Assembly: GCA_038046625.1 (NCBI GenBank)
Contig: JBBSVV010000003.1
Location: forward strand, 1-64,000
Reading direction: 5' to 3'
Length of the DNA stretch: 64,000 nucleotides
Origin: an archaeon
Lineage (GTDB): Archaea; Iainarchaeota; Iainarchaeia; Iainarchaeales; Iainarchaeaceae
Shown here: positions 47,241 through 55,273 of the stretch, piece by piece
Layout: every line of letters starts with the position of its first letter
How positions within the stretch are numbered: the first letter of the stretch is position 1
Notes under the pieces: model-generated
What the model saw: only the letters and a program-made list of their open reading frames with translations
Databases searched by the model: none
Told to the model about the DNA's origin: nothing
Made by a program: the position numbers and the translations under genes

Positions 47241-47975
47241 TCACCCACTCTGGCCGAATGTGACTTTTGTTTCGGATCCGATTTTGTCCACTTTTGCAAT
47301 GAATATGGCGCCCTGCACTCCGGTGTTTACCTCACTCGGCGAGCATGAGAATGAGGCTCCTGCATCGAGCTCTTTCGTGCATTTTTTGTCTGCATCAGGA
47401 TCCAAATCCAAGGCCAAGTCATCATCCGCATTGTTTTTGCATTCTTCGGGGACGCGGGCTGAAATCTGTTCAAGCCCCGCATCAAGCGGAACAACAAGGT
47501 ATGAGAAACCTATCCCTGCAAAGTTCGTGGACGGTGGGGCCGCAGGAACGCAGTAAATTTTTGATTGCGGCGGAATAACAATTTCTATGGTCTGCCTTGT
47601 TCCGGCGCCGGATATTGAAACGTATTGTGCCGCGTTCACGAGCTTGTCGGCAGAGGCGCGGAGCTTCGCGAGGTTTGCGGTGTCGTTCATTGCATTGCTC
47701 GCAATGTCCGCGTTCGGCTGTATTATTGCGACTATGTAAAGCAGTGAAACCACGAGTATGAGCAGAAATTCTATGCTCGCCTGCCCCCGCCGGAAACCGC
47801 CGGCGGTATGGTGCCCTATCTTCGGTTTTGGCCTCGATAGGTCTTGCTTCGCAATTTTCCCGTTCAAAATATCAAGTTCCACAACAGTTTCGGCTGTTGG
47901 GTGCGATAGCCCATGCTGTCGCATGGACTTGGCGTTGCTTCGCAACGCAGGCTTATTCAAATAATCAAGTTCCAT
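47241..47975 (-). CDS. Class III signal peptide pilin-like protein with repeat-derived N-terminus; start uncertain
   Basis: RRGQ-ASIEFLLIL; upstream in-frame Met codons only within or beyond the repeats. Confidence 0.75.
   Translation of the reverse strand: MELDYLNKPALRSNAKSMRQHGLSHPTAETVVELDILNGKIAKQDLSRPKPKIGHHTAGGFRRGQASIEFLLILVVSLLYIVAIIQPNADIASNAMNDTANLAKLRASADKLVNAAQYVSISGAGTRQTIEIVIPPQSKIYCVPAAPPSTNFAGIGFSYLVVPLDAGLEQISARVPEECKNNADDDLALDLDPDADKKCTKELDAGASFSCSPSEVNTGVQGAIFIAKVDKIGSETKVTFGQSG
47788..47948 (+). repeat. Two repeat family A modules (47788-47841 and 47881-47948)
   Basis: cgccggaaaccgccggcggta..cctatc..gatagg; acaacagtttcggctgttgggtgcgatag. Confidence 0.88.
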
Positions 47976-49081
47976 ATCAAGTCTCCCGTAAACTGAAGCG
48001 CAATGTACGCAATGAGGATTGCGGGAACAAATGCCGCGGTTTTTCTCACGACCAGTTGCTTCGGCGCATTTCCCTGCAAAGCTTTTTTCCTGAGTTCTTT
48101 CGCCGCCTCTTCCGTAAGCCCTCCCGCCTCGCGCGGGCTCGAAAACACGTTCCCAGGGACTTTGTATGCCTTGAGGGCGTTTTCAATTTTATTATCCATT
48201 AACTGCTTAATAACACTTTTTATGCTCGGCGCCTCGACAGGAATTATTTTCCCTCCTTTTTCCACAAGGTAATAATCCGGAATCATTCCTTCCGTGATTT
48301 TTGCGGTTTCAATTTTTTCCCTGAACGCAAATTCGCGGCTCTCTGCATAAAGTTTCCACAGGAAATAAACGCACACCAGCGGAACCGCTATCGCTATCGA
48401 GTTGAACAAAAGGTTTTGCGCCGAAACCAGCAGGCCGGCAACGGCTGAAATTATTATTGCCGCGTTCCTCGCCTTTTTTGGGATGAAAGCTGCGGCAACC
48501 ATTATGGGGAGCACCCAGAACAATTCAATCCCGGATTTTGAAAGAATGGTTTCAACGCCAGCGGCAAAAATTCCGGCGCCGAGAATGCCAGTTGCTTTTG
48601 ATGCTACGGCTTTCATCGTCCTCGCGAAAACTTCTTTGTGCTTCAATGAGGCCGTAAGCGCCATCAGGATTCCGAGCGGCAGCATGGAAAATATTGATGC
48701 CACTATGAGCGTTACCGCAAAAATCGGCAGCGGGGTTGTTGAAAGCAATTGGCCTTGCAGCCCGAGCGCGTCCCTGAGGATTCCGTAATTTACGGGGTTG
48801 ATTATTGCGAGCGCTGTAACAAGCTTGACATCGCCTCCCGCCCACGCGCCCATCCTGTAGAGCGCGTATGAAACCACAAAGGCAATTGTGGCAGCGGCGA
48901 ATGCAAATAATATTGGTTCGATTGCCTGTGCATTCAGCGATTCAAAAATTTTTAGTATTATGCCGGTTCCGGCTATTGTGTAAGTGAGCCTGTTCGGAAC
49001 AATCCGTTTCCTGAGGTCGGTATAGGTTGCAATGAGCAGTGTTATGAGTGTTAAAAAAAAGTATAGGGAGGAAAACACCAT
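47957..49081 (-). CDS. A24-family prepilin peptidase
   Basis: YTDLRKRIVPN, WAGGDVKL, AFVPAI. Confidence 0.92.
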   Translation of the reverse strand: MVFSSLYFFLTLITLLIATYTDLRKRIVPNRLTYTIAGTGIILKIFESLNAQAIEPILFAFAAATIAFVVSYALYRMGAWAGGDVKLVTALAIINPVNYGILRDALGLQGQLLSTTPLPIFAVTLIVASIFSMLPLGILMALTASLKHKEVFARTMKAVASKATGILGAGIFAAGVETILSKSGIELFWVLPIMVAAAFIPKKARNAAIIISAVAGLLVSAQNLLFNSIAIAVPLVCVYFLWKLYAESREFAFREKIETAKITEGMIPDYYLVEKGGKIIPVEAPSIKSVIKQLMDNKIENALKAYKVPGNVFSSPREAGGLTEEAAKELRKKALQGNAPKQLVVRKTAAFVPAILIAYIALQFTGDLIWNLII

Positions 49082-49082
49082 A

Positions 49083-49253
49083 TCAGCTCATTAGAGTTGA
49101 TACGGCCGAGTCCCTGTTTTCAAGCACTTGTGCCTGTGCCTTGTCCGCTATTTGGGAAATGTTGAAGGCGATGATTGTTACCGCAATGACCAGCATCACC
49201 GCAAAAAGGACGGTGAGCAGGTATTCGATTGAAACCTGCGCCTTCTCATCCAT
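49083..49253 (-). CDS. Short pilin (56 aa)
   Basis: MDEKAQ-VSIEYLLTVLFAVML..STLMS*. Confidence 0.85.
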   Translation of the reverse strand: MDEKAQVSIEYLLTVLFAVMLVIAVTIIAFNISQIADKAQAQVLENRDSAVSTLMS

Positions 49254-49274
49254 CAAATCACATTTATTGTTGGG

Positions 49275-49568
49275 TTATGTTGCCGTTGCAGTGCAGCTCG
49301 GGTATGTTCCGCCGCAGTTGTATGGCCTGCCACCGTTTGCTCCTTGTATGGTGACTTGCCTTGCGCCTCCAGTACTTTTAGTGGCGCAAACCTGGCCCGA
49401 ATCAATTGCTGTTGATTGTGTACAAAGAGATGCTGCTGTCGTGTTGCCGGTTTGCCCTGTACCAGTATTAGTTATTCCCAGCAACAGTGTAATCACTATC
49501 ACCGCCACGAGAACCGCGCCTCCAATCAGGAGCAGGTATTCCAGTGCACCTTGTCCTTTCTTTTCCAT
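49275..49568 (-). CDS. Pilin (candidate major pilin)
   Basis: MEKKGQ-GALEYLLLIGGAVLVAVIV; four Cys. Confidence 0.88.
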   Translation of the reverse strand: MEKKGQGALEYLLLIGGAVLVAVIVITLLLGITNTGTGQTGNTTAASLCTQSTAIDSGQVCATKSTGGARQVTIQGANGGRPYNCGGTYPSCTATAT

Positions 49569-49607
49569 TGCTTTTCCCTCCCTTTTTTTAGTATCATAAG
49601 CTTTTTT

Positions 49608-49748
49608 TCAGCCGATTTTATTGGCTTCGCCGCCAATGCTGCCGACCAGGCTTTTCAGGAAGAAGCCTATCGCGGCCGCAACCACGACCGCAGCCCCGAG
49701 AAGCAAAAGCACTTCTATGGAACTTTGGGCTTTTTCTCCTTCAAGCAT
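49608..49748 (-). CDS. Short pilin (46 aa)
   Basis: MLEGEKAQ-SSIEVLLLLGAAVVVAAAIG..NKIG*. Confidence 0.82.
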   Translation of the reverse strand: MLEGEKAQSSIEVLLLLGAAVVVAAAIGFFLKSLVGSIGGEANKIG

Positions 49749-50701
49749 TATCCGGCACCTCCAACCAACAGGCCTGAGAGTATCTCCGCAGCTATGTAGG
49801 CTGAATATGCGATAAACAAGAGGATTGGGAAGTATATAATACTTTTCCCGGCCTTTCCGTCGCGCATGATGCTTATCATCACGCTTGTGATCGCCGTTTC
49901 AATGAAGATGTACGCTTCTATCGAGATGCTTATTATGCCGAGCGCCTTTATGGCTGAAGCCTGTTCCGCGGCCGAGGCCACTCCTGCTGACGCGGTGAGG
50001 AGTACGTGCGTTATTGTTGAGACAAATCCGAAAATCATGGGTGCGATTGCGCCTCCCGCTGCAAACATGAATATTACCTGCATTGCGGTTCTCGCCTTTC
50101 TGTCCTTGTTTATCCTGAATGCCTCGCGCACATCCTCCGAAATTTCTTCGAGCACTCCAGCAAGGCCCGCCCCTGCCCTCACAGAGTCGATTATTATCGT
50201 TATTGTCCTCTTCACGAGCCTCGAATCCACGTTTTCGGACAGTGTTTTGAGCGAGTTGTCGAAGTTTTCGCCTTCCTCGAGCTTCCTGAGCACTTCGTTC
50301 ATTTCCTTTTTCAATGGCCCGTATTCTGATGTCGCGATTTCCCTCAATGCATACTCGTATGTTCCCCCTGCCTTTAGGGTGTCCGCCATCTGCCTCAATG
50401 CGTCGGGCAGCGCTTCCTCTATTTCCTCAATTCTTTTTACCGCCATCAGGTATGGGTAACCAATCATGAGGTCGATAACCACGACGAACGCGAGCACGCC
50501 GACCTGTATGTTCCTCGTTATTCCCGCCTGCCCCAAAAAGTACCAAGTGCTCAACCCGATAATTACGGAAGCGAGCACCGAGAGCATTATCCAGAGCACT
50601 GGGTCCACCCTGAATTCCGCGCTTCTCAGGTAGTCCGCATATTTCTGCACGAACTGGATTTTGTTTATCAGCGGTATCTTGCTTGCAAGCCTTAGGGCCA
50701 T
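49748..50701 (-). CDS. Pilus platform protein (T2SSF/TadC-like)
   Basis: IEEALPDALRQMADTLKAG..YGPL. Confidence 0.9.
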   Translation of the reverse strand: MALRLASKIPLINKIQFVQKYADYLRSAEFRVDPVLWIMLSVLASVIIGLSTWYFLGQAGITRNIQVGVLAFVVVIDLMIGYPYLMAVKRIEEIEEALPDALRQMADTLKAGGTYEYALREIATSEYGPLKKEMNEVLRKLEEGENFDNSLKTLSENVDSRLVKRTITIIIDSVRAGAGLAGVLEEISEDVREAFRINKDRKARTAMQVIFMFAAGGAIAPMIFGFVSTITHVLLTASAGVASAAEQASAIKALGIISISIEAYIFIETAITSVMISIMRDGKAGKSIIYFPILLFIAYSAYIAAEILSGLLVGGAG

Positions 50702-50762
50702 TTCATCCCCTCCTCCCGCACAATAGTTTCGTCCGAGAATGCGCCTCGGAAGGGTGCCAAGA

Positions 50763-50804
50763 TTGTTGGGTACGACTGCTATCTTCGCCGTGGGGCTCGA
50801 TAGT
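50763..50804 (+). repeat. Repeat family A copy (intergenic)
   Basis: ttgttgggtacgact-gctatcttcgccgtggggctcgatagt. Confidence 0.8.
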
Positions 50805-50829
50805 AAAAACATTTGCGTGTGTCATTTTT

Positions 50830-51975
50830 TCATCCCACCTTCGGTTGGGTTATTTTTAAGTAGAACACGAGGAACCCAAGCACAAGCGGCATTGCAACCA
50901 AATAAATTGCCGCTATTGCTATCGGGGACAATGCAACGCTTCCCACGGAAATCGGTGCATTGGTTATGGAGCCTATTATTCCGATGAAAACCGGCACCAC
51001 TATTGCGGCGAAAATGTATATTACTCCGAAGAAGTTCATTTTTTCCGAGAACTCGCGGACCGCAATGCGCATGTCGAAGCTCACGTCCTCGGCAATTGTG
51101 TTCATTATGTCCGAGAGGTTTCCCCCGGTTTTCATTGCGCGTATTATGTGCAGGAGCGCGTTGCGCAGCGCCTTTGACTGTGTCCTTAAAGCGAAGTGCC
51201 TTAGCGCGTCTTTCGTGTCCGTTCCTTCCTCGACCTCGTTTATTGTGCGCGCGAATTCTTCGCTCAGCACGCCGTAATCTGAGGTCGCTATTGTCTGCAG
51301 TGTTTTGTAGAGGCCTATTCCGGACTTTAATTCGGTCGCCATGTGCCTCAATGCGAAGGGCAGCTCCACGCTCATGGCGTCGCCCCTTCTTTGTGCGTTG
51401 CTTTTCGGTACGAGCATCAGCGCTACAAGCGCGAACATTCCCACTGCGCCGGAAATGAGGATTGAGTAAAGCAGGTTCACCTTGTACACGAAGCTCAGTG
51501 CGGCAATGATTGCAAATGAAAATATTCCCGCAAGCGTTGCGGCCGCAAGGGAAAGCGCGAGCCATTGCTGGAGCGAGTACTTCATGTTTGCGGAGTAAAG
51601 GTAATACCGCACATCATTCGCGAGCGGCAATTTTTTTATGAGGCGTGAAACCGGGTCAAGCGGCAGCCTGAGCATCAGGTAAAGTTTTCCAAGGCTCTTT
51701 ATCGCAGGGCTCTGGAATTCCTGCAAATCTTCAACGGTCTGGACGTTTATTTTTGCCTGTTCGCCCTCGGCAATTATTCCCCTCAGCTCCCCAAGCTTTC
51801 CCCCGACTTCCTCGAATTCAATGCCCTGTTCACGGTACTTTTTTTTCATGCGGTCGACTATTTTTTCTACCTTGTCCATGTCCACGGTTTCCTGCGCGTC
51901 CTTTCCCGCAGTCGTCTGCTTTTTTTCTTCCTTTTTTTCCTCGATTTTTTTTCTCAGGTCGCTCAAAGTGCTCAT
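50830..51975 (-). CDS. Pilus platform protein (T2SSF/TadB-like)
   Basis: ELPFALRHMATELKSG..YGVLSEEF..TGGNL. Confidence 0.9.
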   Translation of the reverse strand: MSTLSDLRKKIEEKKEEKKQTTAGKDAQETVDMDKVEKIVDRMKKKYREQGIEFEEVGGKLGELRGIIAEGEQAKINVQTVEDLQEFQSPAIKSLGKLYLMLRLPLDPVSRLIKKLPLANDVRYYLYSANMKYSLQQWLALSLAAATLAGIFSFAIIAALSFVYKVNLLYSILISGAVGMFALVALMLVPKSNAQRRGDAMSVELPFALRHMATELKSGIGLYKTLQTIATSDYGVLSEEFARTINEVEEGTDTKDALRHFALRTQSKALRNALLHIIRAMKTGGNLSDIMNTIAEDVSFDMRIAVREFSEKMNFFGVIYIFAAIVVPVFIGIIGSITNAPISVGSVALSPIAIAAIYLVAMPLVLGFLVFYLKITQPKVG

Positions 51976-51980
51976 GGTGT

Positions 51981-54900
51981 TCACTTTTTTTTCATTGAGT
52001 ACTGCTTTACCGCTTCGGAGATTTCTTTCATGCTTCTCCTGTTTTCCTTCACGAGCTTTTCGAGGTATGCCGCCCTGTCCTTGACCTCGTCATCAAAGTC
52101 CTTTTTGGACATTCCCGCGAGTTCCTGGAGTTTTTGGGCGTAATTTATCTGGGCTTTTGTCCTTTTTAGGGAGTCTGTTACCGGGTCGCGCAGGTATACG
52201 GCTTCGGTTTTCGGCTTGCCTTCAAGGGCGCCGGTCACTTGGGCAATTTCGGTTATTCTCCTTATTGTCCCCATTTTCCTGTCGTGCAGCCTGTGCTGTA
52301 CAACTATTATGTCGAGCCCGGAAAGCATTACTTGCGGCACGTTCATCGGCGGGTTTGTCACCCTCACGATTGTTTCCTGTGCCGAGTTTGCGTGCACTGT
52401 TCCGAGTGAATTTCCCACGATTATTCCCTGTGCCACGAAATTATGGGGGTTCCTGCCGGTTTGCCTTTCTTCGCTTACCGTCAGGTCATATACAAATCCG
52501 TTGTATGGGTATGAGTGTATGGCAATTACCTTATCCCAGAAAATGTCGGATTCCGCGAGCAGCTTAAGCTTTGAGGATTCAATTCCCGCAGATTCAAATG
52601 CCTTGGCGAGTGCCCCGACTGCACGCCTGCTCGGCGTCCTTTCCCTTCTTTTGTAAAAACTTATTGCTCCTTGTGTTAATCCTGCCATTCTCGCAATTTC
52701 AGAATTGCTGTACCCCTTTTCTTTTTTTGCCGTTTTGAGCAGTTTTATTATGGTGCCGTTGCATTCTATGGTGTCGGTATTCGTGTTGCTTTCTTTTCCC
52801 CTGCCGAGCAGTTCCTCTATTTTCCTTATTTTTTCGGGGAATTTTACCGGGTAGGTTTTGTAGAATTTTTCCACTTGGTCTATTCCATAAATATAGAGCC
52901 TGTACCATCTGCTGTTGTGTGCGCGTGACTCGTATTTTCTGGAGGTTATCCCTTCCGTCAATAATGCATAGCGGAAAAAATCTATGTAGTGCTCGTTTGC
53001 GCATGAAATGACGATTGCATTGTTGTTTGCATCAACATGCCCTTCTGCGTCAAAAAAGCCCGCGACAAACCCGCGCAGGGAGTTCGTGTAGTGTGAATTG
53101 GACATTTTTGCTTTCTGCCTGCTTCCCGCGGGGATGTCAAGCATTTCCATAATCTTTGCGGTTTTCTTGAACCCGCTTATGTGCGCTTCATAGCATTGCT
53201 TTTGCGGGCGCGGGTTCACTATTTTCACGTGTGTCCCATCGAGGTTTTCTTTCATGTAATTTATGAATTTCGGGATTATGGTTTCCTCTTCTGTGTAGAG
53301 GTTTATTGAGCCTTCATTGCACAGGTATTGCTTGCCGTTTTTTTTCCTTTGCCTTTTGTAATAGGTTATGTTTCCGTCACCGTGCAGCAGGCCACTCCAG
53401 TATTCGCTCTCGGTTTCTTTTGCGTTTTCTTCCCTGAGCAGCTTTCTCGGGGTTGCAATGTTTTGCCCTTCCTTGAGAGTGTCCGCCCTTGCCTGTTGAA
53501 TGTTGTCCGCAAGAGTATAGAATGGGTGGTTTCCCGTGCAGGTTAGTTCGCTGCCGGAAGCAAGCTTTATGTGGTAAACGTTGCCTGTGAAAGGCCTGCG
53601 CCTTGCCTGCACGATTTTTTGCCTGTTCACTTTCCCTTTGCCGTCCACAGAGTTGATGTGCTCATCGCCCACAGTGCACACTTCCCACTCTCCTTCTTTC
53701 CGGCTGCCGTTTTTCTGCAGTTGCTCTTCCGTGAATTGGCCGATTTCGCGTATTCCCGAAGTCAGCGCTATTTTTGCTTCGCCCGTAAGGCAACCGTCAT
53801 GCCCCGTGTTGAATGCCGTGAACAATGAGAACGCCTCATCATGCCTGATTTCGCCGACAATTATCCTGTCAGGGCGCATTCTCAGGGAATTTTTCGTGAG
53901 TATGTCAAGCGTTACCTCTCCGGTTCCTTCAAGCCCAGGCGGCCTTGCTTCCATCCTTATCCAGTGCTTCAAGGGAAGGTTCAGTTCGGCCGTGTCCTCA
54001 ATGGAAATTATCCTTTCTGTTTCCGGTATGAATGTTGCGAGCACGTTCAGCGTTGTGGTTTTTCCGGAGCCGGTTCCGCCTGAAATCAGTATGTTTGCGG
54101 GTTTCGTGCCCAAGCCATCGGTGCATGCCCACAGGAATGCGGCGGTTTCCGCTTCAATGGTTTTGTTTTTTATGAGGTCTATTATTGTGTAAGGGTCTTC
54201 GCGGAACTTTCTTATTGTCAATGTGGAGCCCTGCACCGAAGCGGGGGGAATTGTTGCGTTGACCCTGCTTCCATCAGGGAGTCTCGCATCAAGGAGCGGG
54301 CTGCTGATGTCCACCCTTCTTCCTATTTGCCTTGCAATCCTGTTCACGAGATCCTGTATTTCATTGTCGTTGTAGAACTCGATGTTCGTTATCATCATTC
54401 CGTATTTCCTGTGGAAAATGTAAACCGGCCTGTTCGGCGCGATGACCATTATTTCCTCGAGCTTGTCATCGTGAATCAGGTCGTCTATTATTCCGTACCC
54501 TATCATTTCCCGTATTACCGTGTTCGCATAAAAATCAAACCGCGTTTTTGGTATGTTGAGTTCCGGGGAGTCGCGGAGAATCTCAAGCACTTTCTGGTAG
54601 TAAACGTTCTTTCTCTGCTCCGGGTCGCGGATCTTGTAAGGCGTAATGCTGATTACCCTTGTCGCGGCCTCCTTGATGGTGTTGATTATTGTTTTTTCCG
54701 CCCCCACAGGCCTTGGCACGGGTATCCAGTAGTAAAGCAGGGGCTGTCCCGGGAGCTCGTAAATTTTGGCGTTTCCATAGGAATCAATGAGCTTTTTTTC
54801 GGATGTTTCCAGTTCCCTTTCCGCGGTGGATTTTTGTTCCTCGGGAACGCTTTCCGGGTTTTGCGGCGCGTTGATATTTTCCTGTGGCGGGAGCGTGCTC

Positions 54901-55220
54901 TTTATTTCCGCTATTTTCTGCTTGGCCAGCATCACTTCTTTGGCGGCTTTCTTCTCTTCATCTTCCTTGTCCTCGCTTTGCGCCTTTTCAGGTTCTTCGC
55001 TGCGCATCTGCTCAAGTATAAGGTTTTTTTTGCCCGGCAATGGCTTCGGTTCCGTGTGCCATGGCTTTTTCCCCTGGGCTTGTTGAATCTGTGCGGGATT
55101 TTTTTTTGCGGGCTCGGGCTTCACGGCTTTTTTTTGCGCGGCGTCTTCCGGCTTTCCGGGTTGTTTTGCGTCTTTTTTTGCCTTTGCCTTTTCAAATAGC
55201 GCGTCGAGATAATCTGGCAT
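51981..55220 (-). CDS. Pilus assembly ATPase (VirB11/TadA family) containing an intein
   Basis: LDARLPDGSRVN, GGTGSGKTT, MRPDRIIVGEIR, TGHDG|SLGTVHAN. Confidence 0.93.
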   Translation of the reverse strand: MPDYLDALFEKAKAKKDAKQPGKPEDAAQKKAVKPEPAKKNPAQIQQAQGKKPWHTEPKPLPGKKNLILEQMRSEEPEKAQSEDKEDEEKKAAKEVMLAKQKIAEIKSTLPPQENINAPQNPESVPEEQKSTAERELETSEKKLIDSYGNAKIYELPGQPLLYYWIPVPRPVGAEKTIINTIKEAATRVISITPYKIRDPEQRKNVYYQKVLEILRDSPELNIPKTRFDFYANTVIREMIGYGIIDDLIHDDKLEEIMVIAPNRPVYIFHRKYGMMITNIEFYNDNEIQDLVNRIARQIGRRVDISSPLLDARLPDGSRVNATIPPASVQGSTLTIRKFREDPYTIIDLIKNKTIEAETAAFLWACTDGLGTKPANILISGGTGSGKTTTLNVLATFIPETERIISIEDTAELNLPLKHWIRMEARPPGLEGTGEVTLDILTKNSLRMRPDRIIVGEIRHDEAFSLFTAFNTGHDGCLTGEAKIALTSGIREIGQFTEEQLQKNGSRKEGEWEVCTVGDEHINSVDGKGKVNRQKIVQARRRPFTGNVYHIKLASGSELTCTGNHPFYTLADNIQQARADTLKEGQNIATPRKLLREENAKETESEYWSGLLHGDGNITYYKRQRKKNGKQYLCNEGSINLYTEEETIIPKFINYMKENLDGTHVKIVNPRPQKQCYEAHISGFKKTAKIMEMLDIPAGSRQKAKMSNSHYTNSLRGFVAGFFDAEGHVDANNNAIVISCANEHYIDFFRYALLTEGITSRKYESRAHNSRWYRLYIYGIDQVEKFYKTYPVKFPEKIRKIEELLGRGKESNTNTDTIECNGTIIKLLKTAKKEKGYSNSEIARMAGLTQGAISFYKRRERTPSRRAVGALAKAFESAGIESSKLKLLAESDIFWDKVIAIHSYPYNGFVYDLTVSEERQTGRNPHNFVAQGIIVGNSLGTVHANSAQETIVRVTNPPMNVPQVMLSGLDIIVVQHRLHDRKMGTIRRITEIAQVTGALEGKPKTEAVYLRDPVTDSLKRTKAQINYAQKLQELAGMSKKDFDDEVKDRAAYLEKLVKENRRSMKEISEAVKQYSMKKK
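52410..53792 (-). mobile_element. Intein with LAGLIDADG and HTH domains (461 aa)
   Basis: HDG|CLTGEA..CTGNHPF..GLLHGDG..FVAGFFDAEG..VYDLTV..HNFVAQGIIVGN|S. Confidence 0.93.
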
Positions 55221-55273
55221 TCGGAATCCTACTAAAGGACAGTTTTCTTTTATATAAATATTACTTTATCGGG

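Noticed and set aside
50702..50812. Repeat A inside the TadC-like coding region
   Set aside because: A strong SD (ggaggagggg) precedes MALRL at 50701, so the repeat is most likely intergenic.
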